Shown: positions 43,349 through 62,021 of the stretch, piece by piece
Position numbering within the stretch: the first letter of the stretch is position 1
Layout of the letters: each line of letters opens with the position of its first letter
Assembly: GCF_000150275.1 (NCBI RefSeq)
Contig: NW_002060945.1
Span: 3,743,172 to 3,807,171 of the forward strand
Reading direction: 5' to 3'
Length of the DNA stretch: 64,000 nucleotides
Source: Trichoplax adhaerens
Taxonomy: Eukaryota; Animalia; Placozoa
Position numbers and translations under genes: made by a program
Notes under the pieces: generated by a model
Seen by the model: the letters and a program-made list of their open reading frames with translations, nothing else
What the model was told of the DNA's origin: nothing
Databases searched by the model: none

Positions 43349-45137
43349 GATGCAGTGCCACAAACTGAAGTTGTATATATAATTATAATCCGATAGATTT
43401 AGAACACTTCGATCCTCAGCGAACACTACTGTAACAGTACTAGTTGTACTGTACTATGGACTGCTAGAAAGAAGAGCCGGACTGATGACTTCCTTACAGA
43501 CGGACTTATCTTCCCAAATAAGGCCGTAAATATCGCCAAATGACTATTTAAATATGAATCTTCCATGTCGGTTTTCGAAATCACAGGTACTAATTTAAAT
43601 AGTATCTACGATCTTATAGAACTATTTTCAAGCAGAACTTTGTAATAGATAATAAGATTTAATGGAATATGACTTAATTGAATTGAGAAAATATCAGTCG
43701 ACTTTTTGCATACTGAAGTATTGCCATAACGAAAGTGTTTGGCACAATGCAGTATCTGGGCGAATTGAGGCTGGAAACATCTGTCCATCAGGCCGTAGCG
43801 ATCGGCAACAGTTCGGTCCGACTCGACTCAATGTGTCTTCGAGGCAGAGCCGTTCGACTCAGAGTTTTTCCCTTGGGTACACTGTACTGTATGGCAGATG
43901 ACAAGATATAAGGGCATATCAATAATTTTGCCTAGATATAATCTTTTGATTAATTAGAAAATAGAAAATACCGGACTGCTGTCCAATAAAAGGCCAATTT
44001 TTTTTCACTTTTCTAAGGTAAATTCTGGAGAATTATTAATTAAGAAGCTGTGCGACATTCACCAAGTGAGTGGGTGAGCGTGTGCTCTTTACGGTATCTA
44101 TCGAAATCTATAAAAAAAATACGACTGGCGTAACGCTCCTGGAATATTAAAGTAACGAACTGTAAATGGGCATAGAAGTAGAGTGCAGCACAGTACTGTA
44201 TCGTAAATTTCCCTTCAGGTTTCGGATTTGTTTCGAATTTTTTTTACAGTACATGTCCGCGTTGAGGGAGTAAATGATAATCTCTATATAATCTTTTATG
44301 TTATCGGGATTATGCTAAGACGCATGGCGAAACTAGTCATTGAGAATAGCAGGAGAGGACTTGATGACAAATCAAGTATACATAACATTATAGAATGAGT
44401 TGCAGACTTTCTGGAAATATCTGTTAGACCCGCCACGTAACAGCATAATAAAGCGTTCTTGATAACAAATTAATAGGTAGAGGTTAAGAATTTCTACATT
44501 ATGGTTATCAAAGGATAAATCATAGTCAAATCTCGCATCATTAACTTTTAAACTTTTAAGGACAGTAGTATCCCTGCAATTTTTGAGCGAATAAGTTTAA
44601 TATTATTACTAGCTGATCGCAGTATATTGGTAATTAAACGAATGAATTTTTAATTCTTCATGGCATAACACAGCTCACAAGTGTTACTCCGAACTGAGGT
44701 CACATACGTGTAATGAATTAAAATGAAAAATCATAAATGTAAAGACTCAGTAACAACATCATAATAATTTAACACATCTTAGATAAATTGTCTAAAAGCT
44801 GCTCTTATTATGCTACTACACTATTGCGTCATCGGAATCTGCAAAAGTAGAAGACATTAATAATTGTGTACAGTACAATAGACAATCTTTCACGACAAGA
44901 GCAGCAGTTAAGTTTTAATTAATTTAATTTATTAAGCAGTAGAATGAGTTAATCGATGCTATATATACCCGTGAAGAATAAAAATTTTGAGTAAGATGGA
45001 TTTTAACCGTATTTATACTTGATCGTTTTGAAATGTTTAATAGCCTTGAAATTCGTACTTTATAAGTTATCAATTATGAATGAACGAGTTGATAAAAGGT
45101 GAGCCATTGGATTGTATCGTAGCTTTGTTTTACACCC

Positions 45138-51378
<6,241 letters not shown>

Positions 51379-52544
51379 CTATAATATTATATACTGTCAA
51401 TCGGTGTCCATTTATATCGTACAGGTTAGCAGAAATAGCAAATGGAAACAATTGCTAAAATAGCACAAATACTGTGGTACTGTTGCATGTACATGCACTT
51501 GATAACAAATTTCTGTTAAATAAGTGGCAATTTTCGTACCACAGGGCTAGCTATCACCAAGCAAATTTATTGCCAATAAACAAACATTCATGAAATATCA
51601 TTGTTCGTATTGGAGTAAATTTAGTAGATCACAGCTAGGGTTAACAATCGAAATTATTTTAATTTTAACAGTATACTAGTTTAACATTCTATCGCTTCGC
51701 TGACAGAGATGCTGTATCACAGTTTTAATGTGATGATTATTTTTAAGTTTATAGTATGTAACGAATTTACTGCTTTCAGCCATAGAAAGGATTGCTTGTT
51801 TACAGAGACAACTGTCAAGATAGATTCACAAATATGCTACAAGTATAAACAGATATAGACATAAAATGTAGTATCCCTGTATTGTCATGATGTTATTAAA
51901 AATTACGTTACTGTAAATGATTAAATTAAATGGAGTTAACCCTGAATTAGAACTATACAGCGCATCCCCAGTGATANCACGCCTTTTTACTATTAACATT
52001 ATTGATGAAGTCATTAAATCACAATCTGATTCTATTCATCGTTGCCATTGGCTACGACATTCTCACATTAATGAATTAATTAAATTAGCAGTAAATTAGA
52101 TAAATCAAGAGAATTAATTAATAAACTTGCTACTTAATAGAAATCTGAGAAATCACACGACAGTGCTCGGTATTATGATCGTAGTTATTCGCTTCGGAAA
52201 AGATTGATTCAGATGCCACTGAGATTTCTATAATCTACTGTATATGTTATTACATAAAAAAACACCACCGGCGTAATACAGTACTCTCCTGGAATTTGGG
52301 CAAAGCGTTTTAATTGACTACCTCGGTCTATGCTTCGCTTATTATTACGCGTGCTATACAGTACTCTACGTTTCTTTTGTGAAGAATAGTGTCATAGTAT
52401 TCTAGTTCTATTCTGTAACGTAGTGCGACCAAATCACTTATATGCTGCTTGCTACTCCGTTTATATGCAAAAAGTTTAAAATATATTTTGTTTGAGTTTA
52501 GTATATAGCACCGTTTATGTTATTGTTATTGATGATGATTAATA

Positions 52545-52714
52545 CAGTACACCACCAATTTTACGGTCACCATAAAACTACAACCCTTCCGGATAATTTA
52601 CTAAATCAGTTATTATTGAAGTTTTGCATAGGACACCATACAATATAAGTGTAACTAGGAAAATCAATAGGATGCTGACATGAGTAGGGTGGCCGAAGAA
52701 TCGGTGGTGTACTG
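52545..52714. mobile_element. 170-bp MITE of Tc1/mariner-pogo type with TA flanks
   Basis: The left end TA|CAGTACACCACCAATTTTACGGTCACCATA matches the reverse complement of the right end TA|CAGTACACCACCGATTCTTCGGCCACCCTA (30-bp TIR, 5 mismatches). The interior is non-coding. Confidence 0.75.
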
Positions 52715-53777
52715 TATTAGATTGAGCTTAATCATTCAATAGCTAATGTGATTAAAGTACTGCATACGAATATGCCTCAATTACAGAGCTAAAGGAGAGC
52801 TGCATGGATTTCTGTAAATCCTAAAATGGATTATAGAGATAAAAAAAGTCTATGGAACCAAACTGAGTATCATCGATTGCTGGCAAGCATAACGCGCACC
52901 AGACAATCTGAATACTGTATTATCACTATCAGTCTTCTAATATTTTCTAATTATGTTGTGTTGTATCTCGTAATGTCAGCAATAAAATAATGCGAAGGCA
53001 TTGCAAGTATAATGCAGAGTGAGTATATAACGTATGCAGCAATAGAGGTCCTGGAAGGTCAGACTACTACTGTAGAATGCGGTTTTGTGTGTTAATAGTA
53101 AATAAATAATAGTTCGCTTCGACTTCTTTTGTGATTAATTCAAAATCTCTTAGGTGCTGTGAATATATTTTCAACTAATTACCTACCAGCTACATAATTT
53201 ACGGTAACGTATTCGTACGAGTCATAATTTCTTGAACCTTATGAGAACATCTAATAAATTCTTAGGGTGATAGCACGATAAAAGCATTTTTACACTGCAG
53301 TAAGTTCATGAGAAGGTTAATCAAAAGGATAAACAGTAATAATTATACATAATTAACTTTGTTAACATTTTTTAATTAGCAACAGCATACTTGCAATCTA
53401 AAGATAGCCAGTTTAGTATTACTAGTTAATGATAATATGTTGACAACGAATAGACTTCAGGGCTCAACACAGCTCACACAAATGCTACTCTGAACAATCG
53501 AGATTACATGTTATAAATTAAAGTAAAAAAATCAGGTAAGTCTAAAGATCTAGTAATAGCAATATAGTAATTTAATATAGCTTAAATTAAAGTAATTGTC
53601 TAAACTGCCCTTGCTAATATACTGAATTTATGATAATAACTTCGCTATTGAAATCTACAAAAAGTAGAATGCATTAATAATTTGTACAGTAGTACAATCT
53701 TTCGTTACGAGATTAGCTGCTAAATTTTGATAAAATCTGATAAATAGTCTAATAAACCAATCAGTACTACATACACA

Positions 53778-56642
53778 TGAAGAATAAAAATTTTGAGTAA
53801 GATGGATTTTAACCGTATTTATACTTGATCGTTTTGAAATGTTTAATAGCCTTGAAATTCGTACTTTATAAGTTATCAATTATGAATGAACAAGTTGATA
53901 AAAGGTGAGCCGCCATTGGATTGTATCGTAGTTTCATTTTACACCCTTAAACTTGAGTGTTCTGTAATTTAAAGTAAACGCCTTCTTTTGCGATTAATTC
54001 ATCATGTGTACCGAATTCTATAATCTTCCCTTTTTGAAATACGGCTATACCATCAGCGTTTCGAATGGTAGATAACCGATGAGCTATGACGATACAAGTA
54101 CGCCCTTCTCGAGCTTTATCTAAAGCTGCTTGTACTATCTATTAATTATAATTAATTATGAATAGTTTAAAAACGATAAGATAATCTAAAAATATAATAG
54201 AGTAAAGTTTATAATGTATAAAATAGTCTTTACCTTTTCACTTTCAGTATCTAATGCAGATGTGGCTTCGTCTAACAGAAGAATACGCGGCTTCCTAACA
54301 AGAGCACGAGCTATAGCAATACGCTGTTTTTGACCACCTGACATCTGTGTACCTTTTTCACCTACTAAAGTTTCGTAACTCTAAAATGCAAATATATCAT
54401 TATCATAATAAGTTCATATTTATAATTGCAAAATAACATAAAAATATTATGTATGTCGTATTTAAATACCTCAGGCAGACCCTGAATAAAATCATGGATA
54501 TTAGCAGATTTTGCAGCAGTTATAATGTCGTCTCGAGTTAGGGTTCTGGAATTATCTCCGTAAGAAATATTCTCTGCAATCGTTGTGTTAAATAAGATAG
54601 GTTCCTGCTGTACAATACCCATTAATGATCTAAGCCATTTTATATTGATATTCCTAATTTCTTTTCCACCGACGGTCTACATTAAGGTAATATTAAAATC
54701 CAATGTATTTTGAATATTAAATATACTATATGTTGTTTATATTTTATAAGTAGTATTGAAAAGAGTGAAAATGCGCGATATTGGTACAGTAATCAGAAAT
54801 AGCTATGCTCTTACAACACTGCCAGAAGCTGTATCGTAGAATCGTTCCAATAAAGCAACCGATGTACTTTTACCACAACCGCTAGTACCGACAAGAGCAA
54901 TAGTCTGGCCAGGTTTTACTTTAAACGTAATTCCATCTAGTACAGGTATCGTTGGACGTGTAGGATAATTAAAGTTAACATTCTCAAATTTAATGGTAGT
55001 ATCGTTCTCATTCTGTTTCGTGTGTATTAAAAAAACAGTACCATTGCGTTAATCTCATGGTTAATAAGAAATTTTTGTGGAAGATTATACAGGTATTTAC
55101 CGTTCGTTCTCCACCTTCATTTTCGACATTGATCTTTGATTCACGTTCGAGAATAGCAAAGAGCCTAGCTGCTGACTGTTTCGCTTTAGAATAGTCTGGT
55201 ACAAAGGAACTTGTCTGACCAAGCGAAAGCGCACCAAAGACAATAGCAGAAAATACCCTGTTAAATGATAAGTAATTGTCTTAAAAGAAATCTCCTAAAA
55301 GTCATTAAAGTAGTGTTTAATTTAGAACTTGACGAACTTGAACATATCTGCGAAATTCATTTGATTATTAGCAACTAGGAAAGCTCCAAAACGGAAAGCG
55401 GCAGCATAAGTGAAGAAAATAACGGCTTGAGAGAATCCATATGCAAGACCGTAAACATGTGCTTGAATTAACGATTTACTACATGAAAGAAAAACTCTTA
55501 GTTATTTTAAGCACGAAATAGATAACGTATATATTGTGCTCAAGCTATACCGTAACATCACTTTCAAATTCTTAGTATACGCAGCAATAATTTTGTTTTC
55601 CAAATTTAGTGATTCAACAGTACGAATATTTTCCAATGCTTCAGTAGATACCTGTAATAGAGATAAAATAAGTAAAAATGCTTATATAACAGCTTAAATT
55701 CACATTTTATATCGTTGAAGTTTCCGACCTCAGCAGCTTTATCGGCAGCATCTTTGTTCTTTTTTGCACCTCCAATGAAGACTCGCATTTGAATAGCACC
55801 GGAAACAACGATGAAAGGTACGCAACCAAGAATTACTAGAGCGAGTTTCCAGCCGTACACAAACGCTATTACTAAGGCAGCTACCATAGATACGATAGAT
55901 TGTATTACAGCGCCTAAACGAGTTCCTGTAGCTCCTTTAACTTCCGAAGCATCAGTAGCTAAACGATTACATAAAGCCCCGGTAGTGTGTGACTGTTCAT
56001 CAAACCATCCGATTTCCTATTACGATATTTACGTAAATATTATTATAAATTGAGGTTTCGTCTAATCGTGGTTAGTATTTAATTCTTTTAAGCGACTATT
56101 TACATATACGTGTATAATATCCCTAATGTTTGTATTACTTGTTTTAGGATTGCCCTAAATGTTTGTGATCTTAATCTTTTTGTCATATATTCGCCTGAAA
56201 TTCCGTACATAAGCGTTTGTAAAAATACTGATATTCCAGAGACAGACCCTAATACTAAAAACATTAAACTCCAAAATGTTGCATCGCTTTCTCGTTTTAC
56301 AGGATCGCATTCGGCGAATACCTAAATATATAATATTATTGTTTGTAAAATGAGTTCAGAAAACTTTTACTTATCGCAACTTTTTGTAGTATTGTAGGTA
56401 GTGACTTACAGCGATAATTTCACTAAAAAGTATAGCAAATACAGGCATAACAGATCCTTGTCCAATGGCTCCGAGAGTACCAATAAAGATATAACCTAAT
56501 TCATCTTTGTTTAGTCTCATGATCTTTAAGAACGATACTGGAGGTAAATCTTCTTTTTCTTCTTCTTCTTCTTTTTGCACGTCTGAACTAGCGCCTAATT
56601 AAAATCAAGTCTAAATCAAGTGCTCTACACGATAACACTAGC
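53778..56642. repeat. Tandem duplicate of 44972-47855 (3' half of the ABCB gene)
   Basis: Near-identical exons, introns and proximal 3' UTR, apart from two divergent patches and scattered differences. Confidence 0.95.
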
Positions 56643-57950
56643 NNNNNNNNNNNNNNNNNNNNNNNNNNNNNNNNNNNNNNNNNNNNNNNNNNGTTCTTGG
56701 CACAGTGGGCGCTGTTCAAGAACAGTAATCGCAACATCAGACTTTATCATACCGAATACAGAGCCTAATTTCATACTTCTTACGATACCATGATACACAC
56801 AGCACGTAAGTTTGAGTACTATAGTGTAGTGTAACATTCAGTAGCTCGAAATTATGTAAAGCTTCAAGATATTACTATGTACTGTACAGTATTGTTATAA
56901 GCGAAATAATAAAAAGCAAGTGATTATGATAACACTTTGTTGAGTCATAAAACATTCCATCAATTTAGTTAAATTTTATCGTGTATAGCATTAAATGATT
57001 CTGCAAACAAACACCGTACGGTACCATAATAACTTGAGTTTAATGTAAATAAAATCTAACATTCTGGAATGGTAAATAAATCGTAAGGAATTAAAATATA
57101 GCTATCACAGAATTACTGATATCATCCTATAGCTGCAATTAATAGGTTCAGCTGAGAATAAAGTAAAGATGTGAATGTGAATTCTTGCCTATGGAAGCAT
57201 ATTTACGAAATAAATCAAGAAACGAACGTATGATACTACTTACTGCATTGTATTCGTACTATACATTGCGTGCTTACAATACTGTCATTTTAATTACCAA
57301 TTGAAAATATGGCACACTCTTTTCGACAACTTCTTCTTCTTCTTCTTTCCTGTAACATTTATCAATCGATATACATTAAGATCAATACAGGATAGATAGC
57401 AATCTTGTCCATTGCATAGGTTAACAAGCATACTAAATGGTAATCACTTGAGATTAATAAAGCACTGTTTTCACTTGGTCAACTTTTTAGGAAACATAGC
57501 AGTCAGGTACAGTTTACAGCACAGTATTACATTACAACGCCAGCTGCAATGTCGAAGTTACTCAAACAGCAAGAACGTGGAAGGTATAAACAAACATGTA
57601 ATAACTTCAATATCCTTATATGGCTATATTTTTGTGATTTTTGTAAGAAATCTTAGTAGCCCGCGGCTTGAATTTGGCAGCGCTTTTGTATACGCAGCAA
57701 CTACCCAAATCGAAATCACCCCGACGGTCGATAGCTGTACACAAACATACTATAGCATATAAACAGACATGAATGTAATGTCCTTATATGGTCATATTTA
57801 TCATGGTTTTTGTTTTAAATTTTGGACTAGGTCACAAGTCTGTGATTTATTTTCCTAGAGGGAGGCAACTGCCAAAATCGAAATTGCTCAACCTATTGAC
57901 CCATAAGGTTATGCATTATAAGTCAGTACCATATAGCACAATAGACTATG

Positions 57951-57987
<37 letters not shown>

Positions 57988-59401
57988 ATGTCCTTATATG
58001 GTCATCATAGGTCGTGATTTCTCCTAACAAAGCCACTACGTTTCATTGTGCAGTTTCGTTAACTGTAAACTATAGTGAAAAGTAAAAAGTACATAGTACT
58101 GTACTGTACAGTATAATGTTTAGTGTAAAACAGCTCGCTATCATTTGTGTAAATATATAGTAAAGTATAGAGACATGTCACGTCGGCGGTTTGATTGATC
58201 AAACTTTGATGAAAGTAGTACTTAGTACTGTAAAAGAATGTCGGTGTTGCTGTACTGTACCGTACTGTACTGTACAGTAAAATAATTGAGTGTGAACTTT
58301 AGCAAAAAAACTTGCCGAAATTTTGAATTATCCTGTTATTAAACTACAAGCTGTATCAACGTATCTATGAAGTAGCGCAGTCCTGGATATACAGTACTGC
58401 TATACGACAAATGGGCTATTTCGTTCACTAGATAAACGAGTACTAATAGAATAATTCAATAGAATTCTATCATACTGTTATCTGATGTATATTAATGTTT
58501 TATGATTGTTTTTTGGATACTTACTATGTACAGTTGTACAGCACGTTGCTAGATAAGTAAGATTGCAAGACGCTGTCTTTGACAGCGGCAAATCATAGAA
58601 TGGTAAGCTTACCTTATACTTTGACTAGATAGTCAAGTGCAACGTGATAAAGAGTAGTCTACAGCATAAGTCACGCTAAAGCGTGCCAGATACTGTATAA
58701 CACACGAATGATGAACAAATCATTAACTCGCAAAATCGAGACGTTCATCGATTTGTCACGACGATACACTAGTAAAATCTTGGGAATATAGTATGATGGG
58801 ATGATGATGGCGTCTAGCAAATTGAATCGGGAATAAACGATTCCCTTTTACAGTTAATTAAGCAAGGCAAGCTATAGTAAAAGTTAAATTAAATAATCAA
58901 CATTTACATTTTCCTACAGTGTACCTGCATGCCTTTACTAAAGTTACCCACTCAAATGAGCATAGTACTATCATCGATTAGTATTCCAATAAATGATAAT
59001 GGTAAAAATCGGTGGGTACCGTATATGCTACTTGGATCAAGCTAGATCTAGTTATTCTTCACCTGAGGATTGCAGATCGAAAAATTTCGAAATTTGCAAT
59101 TACTGATGAAATTCGTCATGAGTTGGGCTCCGCATGGGCCACTAGTAAAAACCTAGCAGTCCACTAGAGTCCACTGTCTCGATTACTCAAAACTGTGTAG
59201 TAGACCATTATTTCTTTCTTATGATGTATAGTTTTCATCATGTTATTTAACTTACTTGCGTTTCTGGAACCATTTCCTCTTTGGCTTTTCTACTGCAACT
59301 TCTGTCTGATCTTGATTATCTTTTCCGGCTTCCAAGTCGATTTCTTTGCTTGAAGCTGCTCGTGATACATTTTCATTGCCTTCGTTTTCTTCTAAGGTCA
59401 T
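53947..59401 (-). CDS. ABCB1/MDR-like transporter, copy B; N-terminal TMD1/NBD1 not visible, probably hidden in the gap
   Basis: Exon 59256-59401 ([10 protein letters not shown]...KWFQKR) joins in phase to exon 57298-57349 ([17 protein letters not shown]). Linker, TMD2 and NBD2 at 53947-56594 parallel copy A. Confidence 0.85.
56643..56692. other. Assembly gap (50 N)
   Basis: Run of N at the point where identity with copy A would continue. Confidence 1.
57614..58005. promoter_or_regulatory. Cluster of three identical CArG boxes CCTTATATGG in an ABCB copy B intron
   Basis: Boxes at 57614, 57782 and 57992; the last two lie within an identical 19-mer AATGTCCTTATATGGTCAT. Confidence 0.55.
57954..57984. 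repeat. (GA)n microsatellite, about 15 units
   Basis: agagagag... directly before the third CArG box. Confidence 0.95.
58088..58280. repeat. TACAG/TACTG arrays next to the CArG cluster
   Basis: gtactgtactgtacagta and ctgtactgtaccgtactgtactgtacagta. Confidence 0.75.
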
Positions 59402-60171
59402 CTTTCTTTACGTTAAGATACTATCATAACACAGCAAATTTTATAATAAATAGTGTTGTAGTAGATTATCAAGAAATTGAGTAATGTGAGAAATGTTCAA
59501 TAAGGATTTGTAGGTTAATTACTCGACTGGAGCGGTAAAAGATGTAAGGCTGAAGTATGAATTCTCAGTCGATTCAAAATGAATTTAAAATTACGGTATA
59601 CTGTACATCAAGTATTACACTACAGTGTATCGTGCACTATCGCTTGTAATAGGAATTTTCTTTTAAGGATGGAACAGTACAGTTCATGTACTCAGTAGCC
59701 TATCGCAATCCCATCCTGTACTTAGCGTACTAGCAATATATATTGAACCATAACAGTGAGTCATAAAAGTGCAAAAGATCTAGGATTTCGGTAAAAACGA
59801 TGTTCTATTCAACTTTTACTTTTATGAGCAATGATGCAATTCTCAATCATGCAGTTTACGACGCTGTATATGGTATAGCATTACCATTATCAATATACTG
59901 TACGTAACAACGCTTTTTTTGGCATGCCGTGCAGAAATTTTACGATTATCACTAAATATCAAAAGAATTCTTCTGCCAGTAATAAAATGTCGGCAAAGCT
60001 ACAAACATTTACTACATTAATGTCATATTATACGTATAGTGTGCCGAGCAAAATAAATACCATTCTTAATTCCGTTACTCGAAAAATGTGACCATACTGC
60101 ATGCAGAAAATGGAGTACAGTAACGTACAAACTGCAGAATACATTCCAACACAACAACGCCCGTAAGTTAC

Positions 60172-60350
60172 CTTTTCCGATGTTCCAAAATATGAGAGGT
60201 AAAATTTTGATGTCAGCTTTCTATGGAGATAGGATAATTGTGACCACGAGCTACGACTATTTGCAACTCATATATTAGACGTTAAGGCACTTCTACCTTA
60301 CCGCTGGGATCCAATTATGAGAAAATATTTGCAATCTCAGCGAATTTAAA
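60172..60350 (-). other. Putative non-coding first exon of ABCB copy B (5' end approximate)
   Basis: Minus-strand donor AAG|GTAACT at 60171, an acceptor near 59421 just before the ATG, and a repeat array immediately upstream. Confidence 0.4.
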
Positions 60351-60394
60351 TTAGTGCCACGATTTAAAAGTGCGCAAAAAAGTCTAAATGTCAT

Positions 60395-60690
60395 ACTATA
60401 CTGTATTGTACACTGTACAGTCCAGTGTATAGTGTACTGTACAATACAGCACAGTGCTATACACTGTACACTGTACACTGTACAGCTCAGTGAAATCATC
60501 ATCATCTGCCACTGCCATCTTGGTATTTTAAATATGCAACAATATCGCTCTTGATCGAGTGGTCACGGTGTCACGTGCTCATGGCCACAGGCATGATTCC
60601 TCCTTTCTAGTGACCGTAAACTGTTACAACGTCCATAGTACTGTACAGTACTATACTACAGTTACATACTGTACTATATTGTACAGGACT
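60395..60690. repeat. TACAG/TACTG array in the putative ABCB copy B promoter, containing a GTCACGTG E-box at 60570
   Basis: tacactgtacactgtacactgtacag and gtactgtacagtactatactacag. Confidence 0.8.
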
Positions 60691-62021
60691 AAATCGGCAT
60701 GTGGCTTGCTGACATCTGTTCGAGGAGCCCATACTGTGAGTAGACCTGACTAAAGTTCAAATTATGGACCAGTATGGACAATGGACAAATGGACATAGAG
60801 CCTGAATGGCGCTGCACTATTCTTCTTTTTTCATTTTTTTATTCATTTATTTATTACTGTATTTATACCGTGTTTTCAGTGATACGGACGGAAACGCGAT
60901 TGCGTCACTTTTATTAGTTTTTATGTATTGTTTTAGTTAATAAATAAAAATAAAATTAAAGCTTAAACTTGTAATTAACTTTTAACTTCTTTATTATGCA
61001 CGGTATGGGGCAGGTCTCTTTCTCATAGTCTACTGACAGACTAATTACGTAATGTCGCACATGATACAGCACTGGTAAGAATATTATAGGGCACTCTTAA
61101 AATACAGTGATAGCAAGGCATCCGTAAGCTAAATAAATAAATAAACTACAGAACAATGTTTCGTTAGCACTACAGTAGAGAGTCTTACGGTAATTAGCAC
61201 CTTATTATGTACTGTACTGTACAAAAAAAGGACAGACAGAGATCATGCCAGAATACAGTATTGTAAATTTGCAATTAAGCCATGTGGAGTTCAGTAGCGC
61301 CTGAAGTGAATAATTACAATAATAATTGTACAGTACATATTCTGTTTAATCTAGATACATACAGTAAAGTACAAATAATCAGCATTACTAATCAAGTGTA
61401 GATGATTCTCGTCGACTTTACAATGGCCAAAGAACTTTTAAAAAACGTTAACCTATAAACCTCTAAACTCTACATTGGTCGAAAATGCCCGGCTACGTGG
61501 GTTATGCATATCGAAATTTTTTTGTTTTCAGTAATGTAATAGATATTATTAAACGTTTTGTGCGACGGATTTTGTAGCTAGTTTTTTAATAATAATTAAA
61601 TTAAATGAACACTACAATAACGATAAAGCGATACTGACCCTCACGAAAAGATAACCGGACTAGGGATTTCAATGCGTTATTTATTTATTAGTAACGGTAT
61701 ATGAGTATCTCATCCATGAAGGAAATTAAATAGATTTAAGCACAATAGTATCCAATAGGTACGCATAAAAAATATAACATGTATCATACAAAATAAGATT
61801 TTTCAAAACGAATTGTAGCTCAACTTTATAAAGGACAATATTAAGTTTGCTTAGAGTTATTTACAATAAGATGCTTAATTGTTCAGCTTTGCAGATAAAC
61901 TTCTAGTATAAGGCAATATCTGGGGCTTATACGAGTACATCACTATGCGATATACTGTACGTCTACCACAAAATAAGTAGCTATTCACGATAAAGACAGT
62001 ATAAAAAGTTAACACATAAAG

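Noticed and set aside
58602-58613. Palindrome GGTAAGCTTACC as the donor of an alternative coding first exon of ABCB-B
   Set aside because: The required reading frame has a stop shortly upstream and no ATG.
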